Assembly (NCBI GenBank): GCA_039027295.1
Contig: JBCCKS010000005.1
Coordinates: 10,043 to 74,042, forward strand
DNA: 64,000 nucleotides
Reading direction: 5' to 3'
Source: Pseudomonadota bacterium
GTDB taxonomy: Bacteria > Pseudomonadota > Alphaproteobacteria > Micavibrionales > Micavibrionaceae
Part shown: piece after piece, positions 1-10,948 of the stretch
Layout of the letters: the number at the start of each line of letters is the position of its first letter
How positions within the stretch are numbered: the stretch's first letter is position 1
The notes under the pieces: generated by a model
Told to the model about the DNA's origin: nothing
Seen by the model: the letters and a program-made list of their open reading frames with translations, nothing else
Database searches by the model: none
Made by a program: the position numbers and the translations under genes

Positions 1-251
1 TTTCCCTGAAAACACCAATCTAAAATATAAACCGAGTATCCTAAGCCATTAAGATAACAAGTAGTTTCAATATATTTTTCTGAAAATTCGCTTAAACCAG
101 GTAGTAATAGGATTGTACCCTTTCCTTGCTCTGATTTTACATAGCAATATCTTATTCTATGATTTGTATTTTCATTTTCAAAATAGTCTTCTATCCAGTT
201 TGAAGGCGGAATAAAACGCTTTTCGAGTTTTTGTAAGTTATTTGCAATCAT
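1..251 (-). CDS. alpha/beta-hydrolase-like protein, N-terminal fragment running off the window edge
   Basis: Own reverse-strand translation from ATG at 251-249, with a stop codon immediately upstream: MIANNLQKLEKRFIPPSNWIEDYFENENTNHRIRYCYVKSEQGKGTILLLPGLSEFSEKYIETTCYLNGLGYSVYILDW... The layout resembles lysophospholipase-type hydrolase N-termini. It is absent from the ORF track because it is truncated. Confidence 0.4.
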   Translation of the reverse strand, partial: MIANNLQKLEKRFIPPSNWIEDYFENENTNHRIRYCYVKSEQGKGTILLLPGLSEFSEKYIETTCYLNGLGYSVYILDWCFQG

Positions 252-353
252 TTATAGGATTATTCTATAAGAATTTCACGGAAAGCTTGACAAAAAGGCT
301 CTTAAATCTCTATATTCCACAAATAATTTAATAATATTTATAAGGCGAATAAA

Positions 354-479
354 ATGAAAGTTGCTAACTCTTTGAAAACATTGAAAAAACGCGATAGAAA
401 TTGCCGTGTTATTCGCCGTCGTGGCCGCGTGTACGTTATTAATAAAATGAATAAACGTTTTAAAGCACGGCAAGGTTAA
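354..479 (+). CDS. rpmJ: 50S ribosomal protein L36
   Basis: 41-codon ORF below the track length cut-off. Own translation [41 protein letters not shown] fits the conserved L36 pattern. A hairpin plus T-run follows. Confidence 0.9.
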   Translation: MKVANSLKTLKKRDRNCRVIRRRGRVYVINKMNKRFKARQG

Positions 480-504
480 TCATAAACATATAGAATTTAG
501 AGAA

Positions 505-528
505 GCCGCCTTAATGGCGGTTTTTTTT
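505..528 (+). terminator. rho-independent terminator after rpmJ
   Basis: gccgcc-ttaat-ggcgg stem-loop followed by an 8-T run. Confidence 0.6.
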
Positions 529-611
529 GTGCAAATAGCACTTTTTATTCAATATGGGGCTGTTCTCAAAAAATAACTTTGATATAACTTTAATCCATTA
601 TCTTAAAGTAA

Positions 612-1664
<1,053 letters not shown>

Positions 1665-1720
1665 TTTTTACTCCTTGGTGACTGCTGTAAATCATTGCTA
1701 TAATTATTTGATTTAATTGT

Positions 1721-2581
1721 ATGAAAAAAATTTATTCAAAGAAAACAAAGCTATCACAAACTATAACATCGATTGCGTTAAACAATCGAGCAAGTACAGT
1801 TTTTCTAATTCTTATATCAGTAATCTTTCTGACCCTTAGTATACTAGATCCAACAAAAATTAACCCGTTAAGATCAACAACAACAGACATCGTTTCTCCT
1901 GTTATTACATTTGTTAGTCGACCATTTGAGGTTATTGCGCAGACAATTACATCTGTTTCAGGTATAGCTTCATTAAGGGCTGAAAATAAAAGTCTTCAGG
2001 CTGAAAATGCAAGATTGAGAGAATGGTACCAAACAGCCTTAATGTTACAGGCAGAAAACCAATCCCTACATAAGTTACTCAATGTAAAAATTGATAACCA
2101 GCATAATTATTTTACGACACGTGTTATTTCTGATGTCTCTAATAATTTTGTGAAAACCATTATTATTAATTCTGGACTTTCTGAAGGCGCAAAACAAAAT
2201 CAAGCCGTTTTATCAGGTGAGGGTATGATTGGAAGAGTGATTGAGCCCGGTCAAAATACTTCAAGAGTTCTATTATTAACTGATATTAATTCTAGATTGC
2301 CTGTACTTATTGAAGGAACCAATCAAAAAGCTATTTTAGTAGGGAATAACTCAGATACACCCATTTTAAGACACCTTGCGAAAGACGCAGGTATTATTGC
2401 GGGCTCAAGAATTGTAACATCTGGTGATGGTGGAATATTCCCGCCTAACTTACCAATTGGAACAATAGATAGAAGTCTAGACGGAGAAGTAAAAGTTAAA
2501 TTACATAGTGATATTGATAATATTTCTTTTGTAAGAATTGTCGACACATCATTATCTAAAAACTTAATACGTAGCCAATAA
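1721..2581 (+). CDS. mreC: rod shape-determining protein MreC
   Basis: 286 aa with an N-terminal TM segment, a coiled coil (LRAENKSLQAENARLREW) and a G(E/D)GMIGRV...LLTD beta domain. Sits between mreB and mreD. Confidence 0.85.
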   Translation: MKKIYSKKTKLSQTITSIALNNRASTVFLILISVIFLTLSILDPTKINPLRSTTTDIVSPVITFVSRPFEVIAQTITSVSGIASLRAENKSLQAENARLREWYQTALMLQAENQSLHKLLNVKIDNQHNYFTTRVISDVSNNFVKTIIINSGLSEGAKQNQAVLSGEGMIGRVIEPGQNTSRVLLLTDINSRLPVLIEGTNQKAILVGNNSDTPILRHLAKDAGIIAGSRIVTSGDGGIFPPNLPIGTIDRSLDGEVKVKLHSDIDNISFVRIVDTSLSKNLIRSQ

Positions 2582-2588
2582 TTTATCC

Positions 2589-3101
2589 ATGACTTCTTTT
2601 TTTTCGAGCGAAAAATTAGATTGGAGTTGGCGTATCTTACTCGTTCAATCCTTAATTCTGGTTTTATTTTTATTAGGTTTTTTAAATATTCCTATTTCGT
2701 TCGTGGAATTTAAAATACTTTTTTTCTTTATGGCTCTTTTTTATTGGTCAGTTTACAGACCATCGCTATTCTCAGGAATCTTTTTATTCTTTTTAGGTTT
2801 TTTACAGGATATTATTATTGGATACCCAATAGGATTACATGCTGTCTTCTATATTACCTTCTATTTCATTTTGAAAGCTCAGCGAACATTTATAATGGCG
2901 CAAACCTATTTTGTTCAATGGCTTATTTTTTCTTTATCTGTGATATTTTTACTGGCTTGTGAGTGGATATTTTTTAGTTTGATTTCACTTCAGTTTTTTG
3001 GATTTGAGCCTTTACTATGGTCATTTGTTTTTACCATTTGTATATACCCATTTATGGTTCTATTATTTATTCCTATTCATAAATTACTGCCAACAAATTA
3101 A
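2589..3101 (+). CDS. mreD: rod shape-determining protein MreD
   Basis: 170-aa polytopic membrane protein directly after mreC and before mrdA. The call rests mainly on position. Confidence 0.7.
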   Translation: MTSFFSSEKLDWSWRILLVQSLILVLFLLGFLNIPISFVEFKILFFFMALFYWSVYRPSLFSGIFLFFLGFLQDIIIGYPIGLHAVFYITFYFILKAQRTFIMAQTYFVQWLIFSLSVIFLLACEWIFFSLISLQFFGFEPLLWSFVFTICIYPFMVLLFIPIHKLLPTN

Positions 3102-3106
3102 CGTCT

Positions 3107-4942
3107 ATGCTAGATTCAAAAAAAGAAAAAATATTTAATCGTAGGATATTTTTACTTGGAGCTTTACAGACGGTTGCATTAACAGCTTTAGGGGCAAGGT
3201 TAGCTTGGTTACAAATTTTTGAAGGAAGCAAGTATCAAGTTTTAGCAGATAAAAACAGAATAAACACTAAATTGATTATTCCCTCTAGAGGAGAAATTTT
3301 TGATCGATCAGGTGTTCCTCTAGCGATTAATAATCAAAATTTTCGATTATTGATTATTCCAGAGCAAGCAGAGAATTTAAAAGAGGTGCTGAGTAATGTT
3401 TCAGAGCTTATCGAGATAGAAAACTGGCGTATTAATAAAGTAGAAGAGCAAGCAAAAAAGTTAGCTTCTTTTTTACCCATTGAAATTAAAGATAACTTAA
3501 GTTGGGAAGAGGTTTCAAAACTAGAAGTTAATATTTCCGAACTACCAGGTATCTTCATAGAAGAGGGAGAAATTCGTACATATCCTTTTGAGAAGGCAAC
3601 CAGTCATATTATTGGATACTTAGGCGCAGTTAATGAATCTGAAATGACGGACGATCCTCTCATGAAGGCTCCCGGTTTTCGTATAGGGAAAACGGGTATA
3701 GAAAAAGCATATGACTTGAATTTAAGAGGAGCATCAGGAACATCACATTTAGAAGTTAATGTCAGAGGCCGAAAGGTAAGAGAGATTGATCGCTTAAAAG
3801 CTAATCAAGGGCAATCACTTACACTCACAATAGATTCTGAATTACAAAGATTTACACAAAATAGACTTAGCGAACATAAAAGCGCATCGGCAATTATCAT
3901 GGATTCGAAAACAGGAGCTGTTTACGCTATGGCGTCTCACCCCAGTTTTGATCCTAACTTATTTTCTAAAGGGTTATCACAAAATGAGTGGCAGGAAATT
4001 CTTAATAATCCTGCTTTTCCACTCAACAATAAATCGCTGAGTGGCCAATATCCGCCAGCCTCTACATTTAAAATGATTACAACTCTAGCGGCTTTGGAAG
4101 GTGGTTTTTTTACATCAAATGAAACTGTTTATTGTACTGGTAGTTATCAATATGGGGATGATAAGTTTAGGTGTTGGAAGCTCAGTGGCCATGGATACGT
4201 TAATGCGATAAGTGCATTAGCTAAATCTTGTGATAGCTATTATTACGAGCTTTCTACTGAAGTTGGTATTGATAATATTGCAAAAATGGCAAAAAAATTT
4301 GGCTTAGGGGAAAAGTATAACTTTGATCTTACAGATGAGAAAGCAGGATTAATTCCCACAATTGATTGGAAAAAACAAGCACTTAATGAGAAATGGAGGC
4401 CAGGAGAAACAATTGTTGCTAGTATTGGTCAAGGATATATTTTAAGTACGCCGCTCCAGCTTGCAGTCATGACTTCTAGGCTTATAAATGGTGGATATGC
4501 TGTAAAACCTTGGCTAGTCGAATATGTTGGACAAGAAAAATCACAAGAAAAATTATGGCCTAAAATAAATGTTAAAAACTCGTCATTAAATGTCATAAAA
4601 AAAGGTATGGATAGAGTTGTGAATGATAAAACTGGGACAGCTTTTGCGTCAAAAATTGAAGATGAAAATTACTCTTTTGGGGGCAAGACGGGAACAGCTC
4701 AAGTTAAAAGAATTAATAGGGCAGAGAGAGCTTTAGGTATTATGAATGATGATCTAGAATGGCGTTTTAGGCATCATGCTCTTTTTGTAGGATACGCTCC
4801 TCTAAACAATCCTAGATATGTTTGCTCTGTTGTAGTGGAGCATGGTGGAAGCGGGTCAGAAGTAGCTGCACCTATTGCGAGAGATTTAATGTTGGAGTGC
4901 CAAAAAAGAAAACCCGATCAAATTGAGGCCCAGCATGTTTAA
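3107..4942 (+). CDS. mrdA: penicillin-binding protein 2 (elongasome transpeptidase)
   Basis: 611 aa with an N-terminal TM segment, the active-site STFK motif (PASTFKMIT) and KTGTA. Sits upstream of rodA. Confidence 0.9.
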   Translation: MLDSKKEKIFNRRIFLLGALQTVALTALGARLAWLQIFEGSKYQVLADKNRINTKLIIPSRGEIFDRSGVPLAINNQNFRLLIIPEQAENLKEVLSNVSELIEIENWRINKVEEQAKKLASFLPIEIKDNLSWEEVSKLEVNISELPGIFIEEGEIRTYPFEKATSHIIGYLGAVNESEMTDDPLMKAPGFRIGKTGIEKAYDLNLRGASGTSHLEVNVRGRKVREIDRLKANQGQSLTLTIDSELQRFTQNRLSEHKSASAIIMDSKTGAVYAMASHPSFDPNLFSKGLSQNEWQEILNNPAFPLNNKSLSGQYPPASTFKMITTLAALEGGFFTSNETVYCTGSYQYGDDKFRCWKLSGHGYVNAISALAKSCDSYYYELSTEVGIDNIAKMAKKFGLGEKYNFDLTDEKAGLIPTIDWKKQALNEKWRPGETIVASIGQGYILSTPLQLAVMTSRLINGGYAVKPWLVEYVGQEKSQEKLWPKINVKNSSLNVIKKGMDRVVNDKTGTAFASKIEDENYSFGGKTGTAQVKRINRAERALGIMNDDLEWRFRHHALFVGYAPLNNPRYVCSVVVEHGGSGSEVAAPIARDLMLECQKRKPDQIEAQHV

Positions 4943-6065
4943 TTCTATTAAATTGAACAATGAACTCACTTTGTTTCAAAAATTTCAAAATTTAGGATGG
5001 GGCTTAATTCTATTAATTACTGTGATGGCAACAGTAGGGTTTATTTCTCTCTACTCTGCAGCTAACGGGAACTTAGACCCATGGGCGTCTAAGCAAATAA
5101 TTCGCTTCTTTATAGGTATGATTGGATTACTCATAATTGCTTTAATTGATATTAAATGGTGGTTTCGATTAAGTTATTTCATCTATATAGCAGGATTTAT
5201 ATCTCTCATAATTGTTGAAATTATGGGGCATACAGGCATGGGAGCTCAGAGATGGATTAATTTAGGATTTATACAATTGCAGCCCTCAGAGTTTATGAAG
5301 ATTGCAGTGATTATGGCACTTGCTAAGTTTTTTCATTCTGCATCTATGGAAGATATGAAGAATGCACAATTTCTATTTCTAGCTAGTATTTTAGTAATTT
5401 TACCAGTCTCCTTAGTATTGTTACAGCCAGACTTAGGAACATCAATTATGATTAGTGCGGCTGGTTTATCAGTATTTTTTGCTGCAGGTACCCCTCTTTG
5501 GATATTTTTAGCGGGTGGAGCTATAGTCCTAATATTGATGCCTATTTTTTGGCATTTCATGCATGATTATCAAAAGGACCGTGTTTTAACATTCTTAAAT
5601 CCAGAATCAGATCCTCTTGGCACCGGATATCATATTATTCAATCTAAAATTGCTTTAGGATCAGGAGGTGTAAGCGGAAAAGGATTCTTGGAAGGAACCC
5701 AAAGTAAACTGAATTTCCTTCCTGAAAAACAAACAGACTTTATTTTTACTCTTTGGGCAGAAGAATGGGGGCTATTTGGAGGAGTCTTTTTACTCTTCAT
5801 AATATTTTTTATTCTTATATTTGGACTTTCAGTAGCATTTAAATGTAAGCACAATTTCGGTAAATATTTATCCTTAGGAATTGCTGTGAATTTCTTTCTC
5901 TATGCCTTTATTAATATTGCTATGGTAATGGGACTGATTCCAGTTGTAGGTGCCCCTCTACCGCTTATATCCTATGGTGGGACATCTATGTTGGCAGTAT
6001 TAGTTGGATTTGGATTATTACTGTCTTGTAATATTCATAGAAATAGTAAGCTTACAAGACTCTAA
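4935..6065 (+). CDS. rodA: SEDS-family peptidoglycan glycosyltransferase RodA
   Basis: Polytopic FtsW/RodA/SpoVE-type sequence (PSEFMKI, LQPDLGT, PEKQTDFIF, SYGGTS). I prefer the ATG at 4935, which overlaps the mrdA stop (ATGTTTAA), over the track's TTG at 4923. Confidence 0.9.
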   Translation: MFNSIKLNNELTLFQKFQNLGWGLILLITVMATVGFISLYSAANGNLDPWASKQIIRFFIGMIGLLIIALIDIKWWFRLSYFIYIAGFISLIIVEIMGHTGMGAQRWINLGFIQLQPSEFMKIAVIMALAKFFHSASMEDMKNAQFLFLASILVILPVSLVLLQPDLGTSIMISAAGLSVFFAAGTPLWIFLAGGAIVLILMPIFWHFMHDYQKDRVLTFLNPESDPLGTGYHIIQSKIALGSGGVSGKGFLEGTQSKLNFLPEKQTDFIFTLWAEEWGLFGGVFLLFIIFFILIFGLSVAFKCKHNFGKYLSLGIAVNFFLYAFINIAMVMGLIPVVGAPLPLISYGGTSMLAVLVGFGLLLSCNIHRNSKLTRL

Positions 6066-6069
6066 TCTC

Positions 6070-6408
6070 TTAAGCTGCTTTATTATATGTGATATTTTTA
6101 TCTTCAAATAATTGATAAAGCTCACCCGTTTCATACATTTCACGCACGATATCGCATCCTCCAATAAACTCGCCTTTAACGTATATCTGTGGGATTGTAG
6201 GCCAATTGGAAAATTCCTTAATATTTTCTCGTAAAACATTATCTTCTAAGACGTTAATGTCTTTAAATTGTACACCTGACTGCATTAAAACTTGTACTAC
6301 CGCAGCAGAAAAACCGCACTGTGGAAAGACTGATGTGCCTTTCATATAAACCACTACATCGTGGCTATCGATTTCTTTTTGAATTTGATCAAAGTGAATA
6401 TTTTCCAT
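6070..6408 (-). CDS. grxD: Grx4-family monothiol glutaredoxin
   Basis: 112 aa with a CGFS active site (FPQCGFS) and WPTIPQIYV...GGCDI. Confidence 0.9.
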   Translation of the reverse strand: MENIHFDQIQKEIDSHDVVVYMKGTSVFPQCGFSAAVVQVLMQSGVQFKDINVLEDNVLRENIKEFSNWPTIPQIYVKGEFIGGCDIVREMYETGELYQLFEDKNITYNKAA

Positions 6409-6421
6409 TTTTTTACCTATT

Positions 6422-6655
6422 TTACTCTTCTATTTTTGTATGAATGGATAATGCATGTAATTCATTACCCATTTTTCCCTGTAGTGCCTTATAAACCATT
6501 TGGTGTTGTTGAATTTTAGTTTTGCCTTCAAATGATTTTGACACAATATGTGCAGTGTAGTGATCTCCATCTCCCCGTAGATCTTGAATTTCCACTTTTG
6601 CTCCAGGAATGTTTTCCTCGATCATTTGCTGTATCACATGACTTTCAAGAGGCAT
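6422..6655 (-). CDS. BolA-family protein
   Basis: 77 aa of BolA/IbaG type (...GDGDHY...V.S..F.GK....HQMVY...LHALS). Classic pairing with grxD. Confidence 0.85.
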   Translation of the reverse strand: MPLESHVIQQMIEENIPGAKVEIQDLRGDGDHYTAHIVSKSFEGKTKIQQHQMVYKALQGKMGNELHALSIHTKIEE

Positions 6656-6658
6656 TTT

Positions 6659-6994
6659 TTAAGCTGCCTCTTTTTTAATTTCTTCTTGGGCAGCTAAAAA
6701 TAATTCTTCTATTTTTTGATTAATCTCTTCATCTGTCATCGATAAAGAGGCTTTTTTAATATCTGGTTTTACAAATCTAACCACATCATCAAATCCAGGT
6801 TCTTCTAAATTGGCGCCAACAACCTTTGCCGCATAGCTTTTTGCTTCTTCTTGAGATAAGCCAAGCTTTTCTCCAAGCCATAATCCAAAGTTTTTACAAG
6901 CCCGTGCTTCTGCTTTAAATAGGTTGCTTTCATCTAATGCAAATTTGTTTTCGTGAGCTTTCTGCTTTTTGTCAAAAGACGTCATTTCATTCAT
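6659..6994 (-). CDS. DUF1476 / zeta-type F1-ATPase inhibitor-like protein
   Basis: 111 aa. The start MTSFDKKQKAHENKFALDE..FKAEAR resembles the alphaproteobacterial zeta subunit family as I recall it. Confidence 0.65.
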   Translation of the reverse strand: MNEMTSFDKKQKAHENKFALDESNLFKAEARACKNFGLWLGEKLGLSQEEAKSYAAKVVGANLEEPGFDDVVRFVKPDIKKASLSMTDEEINQKIEELFLAAQEEIKKEAA

Positions 6995-7085
6995 CCTCTA
7001 TAAATTTGAATAATAAAATAACCTATCATTTGATTTGTCAGAAATCCATGGTTATATATGGGGTATTAAGGATTTGAGGTGCAAA

Positions 7086-7940
7086 ATGAATAAAAAACGT
7101 GAACTTTATGATGGCAAGGCAAAAACTATATATGAAGGTCCTGAGCCAGGCACTCTCATACAATATTTTAAAGATAATGTATCGGCTACCTCTATAGATC
7201 CTGATAAAAAAGGCGTAATTGCAGGTAAGGGGGTTCTAAATAACAGAATTTCTGCACATATTATGACAAAATTGGAGGCGTTAGGGGTTCCTACGCATTT
7301 TATACGTTCTCTAAATATGCGAGAACAGCTTGTAAGAGAGGTTGAAATTGTTCCTCTTGAAGTTGTTATTCGTAATGTTGCGACAGGATCATTAACGCGC
7401 CGCTTGGGGGTAGCAGACGGCACTATACTTCATCAACCTCTTGTAGAATTTTACTACAAAAATGATGAATTAAATGATCCAATTGTAAGTGAACAACATA
7501 TTGTTGGCTTTAATTGGGCTGATCCGTTTGAACTAGAAGAAATGGTCCATCAAGCCTTACGTGTAAACGATTTCCTTATCGGATTATTTTCAGCTATTGG
7601 CTTACGGCTTATCGACTTCAAGTTAGAATTTGGTCGTTTATATGGCGATGAAGGAGAGCTTTACATCATTCTTGCTGATGAAGTCTCTCCCGATAATTGC
7701 CGTCTATGGGATGAGAAGACTGGTGAGAGAATGGATAAAGATCGTTACCGCCACGACTTAGGTGATTTAATTGAAGGATATCAAGAAATCGCTAAACGCC
7801 TAGGACTTATCCCTGAGAGTGGGATTATACAAGAAGGTAATATTAACGAAGAGATCGCTGGGCAATTAGAAGATATTGAAAATGAGTTGGCTAAAGAACG
7901 CAAATTACGTTCAGTTAAAAAAGCGAAGAGAAAAGCTTAA
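7086..7940 (+). CDS. purC: phosphoribosylaminoimidazole-succinocarboxamide synthase, with a Lys-rich C-terminal tail
   Basis: [30 protein letters not shown]..., VIRN.A.GS, ADE.SPD.CRLWD. I prefer the ATG at 7086 over the TTG at 7035. Confidence 0.9.
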   Translation: MNKKRELYDGKAKTIYEGPEPGTLIQYFKDNVSATSIDPDKKGVIAGKGVLNNRISAHIMTKLEALGVPTHFIRSLNMREQLVREVEIVPLEVVIRNVATGSLTRRLGVADGTILHQPLVEFYYKNDELNDPIVSEQHIVGFNWADPFELEEMVHQALRVNDFLIGLFSAIGLRLIDFKLEFGRLYGDEGELYIILADEVSPDNCRLWDEKTGERMDKDRYRHDLGDLIEGYQEIAKRLGLIPESGIIQEGNINEEIAGQLEDIENELAKERKLRSVKKAKRKA

Positions 7941-7942
7941 GC

Positions 7943-8722
7943 CTAACAAGTTGTAAATTGTTCTTGAACAATCCGTTCTCCTAGATTGTGCTCAGGGTTA
8001 AATAAAAGTGTTCGGCTAACCGTTTTTGATTGCCTTATATTCACGCTCTGAATATCTCTAAATTCTTTTGAGTCAGCCGTCACACTGACTGGCCTCTTTT
8101 CAGAATGATACACATCAATCTGTACTTCAGATTCTGATGGGAGAAGGGCACCTTGCCATCGTCGTGGCCTGAAAGAGCTAATAGGTGTAAGCGATAGAAG
8201 ATTTGCCGATATAGGTAAGATCGGACCGTTAGCAGATAAGTTATAGGCTGTGCTACCGGCAGGCGTTGATAGTAATATTCCATCACAAATTAGCTGCTCT
8301 AATCTAGTAATATTATCTATTGTGATTTTTAACTGTGCGGCTTGACGTGTTTCGCGAAGGAGAGAAACTTCATTAAAAGCAATTGCTTCTTTTTTTTGCC
8401 CTTCTGAATCAATACATGACATTTTAAGCGGATAAATTTCAACAGGGTTTGATTCATTAATTACTTTAAGAAGGCTATTATCCTCATTGGGATTTAATAA
8501 AAATCCTATAGATCCGCAATTAATTCCGTAAACAGGCAGGTTAAATTTTTTATCATCTAAAAAATGGAGAGCTTCAAGCATCGTCCCATCTCCCCCAAGA
8601 ACAACAATCACATCTGCATCTTCAATAGGATGGTGATTTATATTCTTTAAATAAAAGTCATGTTTTTTGTTCGCTTCGGGACTATCAGCAGCAAAAAAAT
8701 GTATTTTTTCTATTTTGGACAT
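7943..8722 (-). CDS. nadK: NAD kinase
   Basis: 259 aa with GGDGTML and the STP.GSTAY motif. Confidence 0.85.
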   Translation of the reverse strand: MSKIEKIHFFAADSPEANKKHDFYLKNINHHPIEDADVIVVLGGDGTMLEALHFLDDKKFNLPVYGINCGSIGFLLNPNEDNSLLKVINESNPVEIYPLKMSCIDSEGQKKEAIAFNEVSLLRETRQAAQLKITIDNITRLEQLICDGILLSTPAGSTAYNLSANGPILPISANLLSLTPISSFRPRRWQGALLPSESEVQIDVYHSEKRPVSVTADSKEFRDIQSVNIRQSKTVSRTLLFNPEHNLGERIVQEQFTTC

Positions 8723-8723
8723 T

Positions 8724-9386
8724 TTATGCAGTATTTTTCAAAAATTGTTCAGACCAGTCATCAGGTTTTTCTAAAAAGTGTTTTACTGAAGAAATTGTGT
8801 CTTGATCAAAAATTTTATCTTCTGCGGCAACATCTAAAATATCCCACCATGTACAGAGTGAATGTAAGTTAATATTTAATTCTTTCATTCTTTCTTCGCT
8901 TTTGGGGAATGTTCCATAATGAAATACAACAAAACTATCAGTAACTTCTGCACCTGCTTTTCTAAGAGCTTCGACGAAGGGCACTTTACTTCCGCCATCT
9001 CTTTGCAAATCTTCAACCAGTAGAACATTTGGCTTTGCCTGATCATCAAAATGGCCTTCGATTTGAGCCATGCGTCCAAAACCTTTTGGCTTTTTTCTAA
9101 TATAAAGCATAGGTTTAGATAATTCTTCAGATAGAAACGCACCATAAGGTATGCCAGCAGTTTCACCACCTGCAACAAAATCAATATTTAAATCTTGAAG
9201 TATTTCACCAGCGAATTTCATGAGCTGTCTTCTTTCTTCAACAAATGAAATAAGTCTTCTGCAATCGACATAAACAGGTCCTTTTGCTCCAGATGTATAA
9301 GTAAAAGGATCTTGTGTGTTGATGAGAACCGATTTTGTCTCAAGTAATATTTTTGCAGATTGTTTTGCAATATCTTTGTTTATCAT
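8724..9386 (-). CDS. pyrE: orotate phosphoribosyltransferase
   Basis: 220 aa with a PRPP-binding loop (VLLVEDL...GGS) and GGETAGIP. Confidence 0.85.
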   Translation of the reverse strand: MINKDIAKQSAKILLETKSVLINTQDPFTYTSGAKGPVYVDCRRLISFVEERRQLMKFAGEILQDLNIDFVAGGETAGIPYGAFLSEELSKPMLYIRKKPKGFGRMAQIEGHFDDQAKPNVLLVEDLQRDGGSKVPFVEALRKAGAEVTDSFVVFHYGTFPKSEERMKELNINLHSLCTWWDILDVAAEDKIFDQDTISSVKHFLEKPDDWSEQFLKNTA

Positions 9387-9395
9387 TTTCTCTCC

Positions 9396-10031
9396 TTATT
9401 GACTGACCCACATTACACGCGCAATCCACGATAATTCTCTCATTTGAAATGATCTATCCTCATGTGCTGGGTTCAATGATTTTACTTCAATTTTATTTGA
9501 GGCTTGTTTAATAAGTTCCTTAACCATTACTTCACCATTGCAAGTTTTTACAATAATACGATCGCCTTTTCGAAGAGGAGATTTTGGAGATACAATTAAC
9601 ACATCATTTTTTCTATATAACGGTTCCATGGAATCGTCATTAATTTTCAAGGCATAAACGCCTTTTTCTTTTGCTTGATATTCAGGAAATTCAACTTCAT
9701 CCCAGCTATCGCCCATTGGGTAGCCTTGTTCATCAAAGAAACCAGCGGCTCCTGCCTGAGCAAATCCAATAACAGGAATTGATTTTTTTACGTGATCTTC
9801 ATCTTGATCAACCAGAGCAATAAAATCAGTCATATTTGCGCCAGTTGCCGCTAACACACGAGAAAGACTTTCTGTAGAGGGCCATCGTGGCTTCCCGTCA
9901 GGCCCAAAACGTTTGCTTTTATTAAAAGATGTTGGATCAAGGCCGGATTGCTTGGCAAGGCCCGAGGGGCTATATCCAAAGCTATTGGCTAAACGGTCAA
10001 TCGCAGTCCAGATTTGTTCGTGTGAAAGCAT
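9396..10031 (-). CDS. HTH plus S24-peptidase (LexA/CI-like) transcriptional repressor
   Basis: 211 aa. N-terminal HTH-like region and a C-terminal S24 fold (NDDSMEP..., GD.IIV). Whether it is the true SOS LexA is not established. Confidence 0.7.
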   Translation of the reverse strand: MLSHEQIWTAIDRLANSFGYSPSGLAKQSGLDPTSFNKSKRFGPDGKPRWPSTESLSRVLAATGANMTDFIALVDQDEDHVKKSIPVIGFAQAGAAGFFDEQGYPMGDSWDEVEFPEYQAKEKGVYALKINDDSMEPLYRKNDVLIVSPKSPLRKGDRIIVKTCNGEVMVKELIKQASNKIEVKSLNPAHEDRSFQMRELSWIARVMWVSQ

Positions 10032-10059
10032 TGAATTTCCTATTATTTAGAAAAAATTA

Positions 10060-10106
10060 TATTTACTTTAGGATTAAACTCCCATTATATATTCAAAAAG
10101 TAAATA
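10060..10106. promoter_or_regulatory. 10-bp perfect inverted repeat (tatttacttt / aaagtaaata) with a 27-bp spacer in a divergent promoter region
   Basis: Arms at 10060-10069 and 10097-10106, between the S24 repressor start (10031) and the small ORF. Possible operator. The AT-rich context raises the chance expectation. Confidence 0.25.
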
Positions 10107-10157
10107 GGAAAAAATTCATATAATAACTCATCTGAAGGTATCCTTGTTTTATATAAT

Positions 10158-10322
10158 ATGATGCAAGGAGATGAGCCGATAGTGAGCGCAAAGAATGAAA
10201 TTATGAACCACTCTGAAAAAGATTTACAATCAATGATGCGTGATCCTCGCTATTGGAGAGATAAAGATCTATCATTTATTGAAAAAGTGACTAAGACTTT
10301 CGAACGTCTATACAATAAATAA
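10158..10322 (+). CDS. small hypothetical protein (46-54 aa, start ambiguous)
   Basis: Own translation: MMQGDEPIVSAKNEIMNHSEKDLQSMMRDPRYWRDKDLSFIEKVTKTFERLYNK. An AAGGAG lies at 10165-10170 before an in-frame GTG at 10182, and TATAAT lies at 10152-10157. The ORF ends directly at a strong hairpin terminator. It is below the track length cut-off. Confidence 0.4.
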   Translation: MMQGDEPIVSAKNEIMNHSEKDLQSMMRDPRYWRDKDLSFIEKVTKTFERLYNK

Positions 10323-10323
10323 A

Positions 10324-10346
10324 AGCCCCAAAATGGGGCTTTTTTA
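10324..10346. terminator. bidirectional rho-independent terminator
   Basis: agcccc-aaaat-ggggct followed by T5, with an A-run on the other side. It lies between convergent genes. Confidence 0.6.
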
Positions 10347-10727
10347 TCTTTGGGATTTTGCAAACTCTTTCGTTACATAATCATCAATAACATGCTGAAA
10401 TTGCTTATCTACTCTTTCTGTAAGAGGTAAAAATTGTATTGCGGTCTGAAGGTTATTTTTTCTTAATATCGTTCCTTTATGTTCGATATTAATAATTTTA
10501 TCTTCAGTTTTAAATTTGATAGTTACATCTTTTAAATCATTGGTAGAAAATCTTTTAGTGTCTCCATTTAAAAGGATTCCACCCTGACTCCAATTTTCTA
10601 CGGTAAATGATTGACCATCAACCATAGCGATGCATTGATCCGAAGAACGCCTTTCATGAGTCCTACGACTATCAAAATCATCATTACTTGCTGTAACTCT
10701 TAAATTTTCTAAAATATCTAGTAACAT
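10344..10727 (-). CDS. PilZ-domain (c-di-GMP-binding type) protein
   Basis: 127 aa. An RxxxR motif (RRTHERR) is followed about 20 aa later by an N-x-S-x-x-G motif (ENWSQGG). Confidence 0.6.
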   Translation of the reverse strand: MLLDILENLRVTASNDDFDSRRTHERRSSDQCIAMVDGQSFTVENWSQGGILLNGDTKRFSTNDLKDVTIKFKTEDKIINIEHKGTILRKNNLQTAIQFLPLTERVDKQFQHVIDDYVTKEFAKSQR

Positions 10728-10948
10728 AGTAATTCCCTGTTTTTACAATCATAGTTTATATTTTCATTACATAAAAAAAAAGAAAAAAATATAAAATATC
10801 CTTGAAGGTATAGGAATACAGTCATATATTTTAATTGTAAACGCATATTGTATCTAAAATAACAACGTTGATTGCGTTGAAAGCAAAAATTCTCAGAAAA
10901 CATTCATTATAAAGCCTCTGATAATTAGCCCCGAAAAATCCACAACCA

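Noticed and set aside
276-473. 65-aa minus-strand ORF from the track
   Set aside because: It lies antisense to a textbook rpmJ (L36) ORF at 354-479 and has an implausible Asn/Phe/Ile-rich sequence. It is a shadow ORF.
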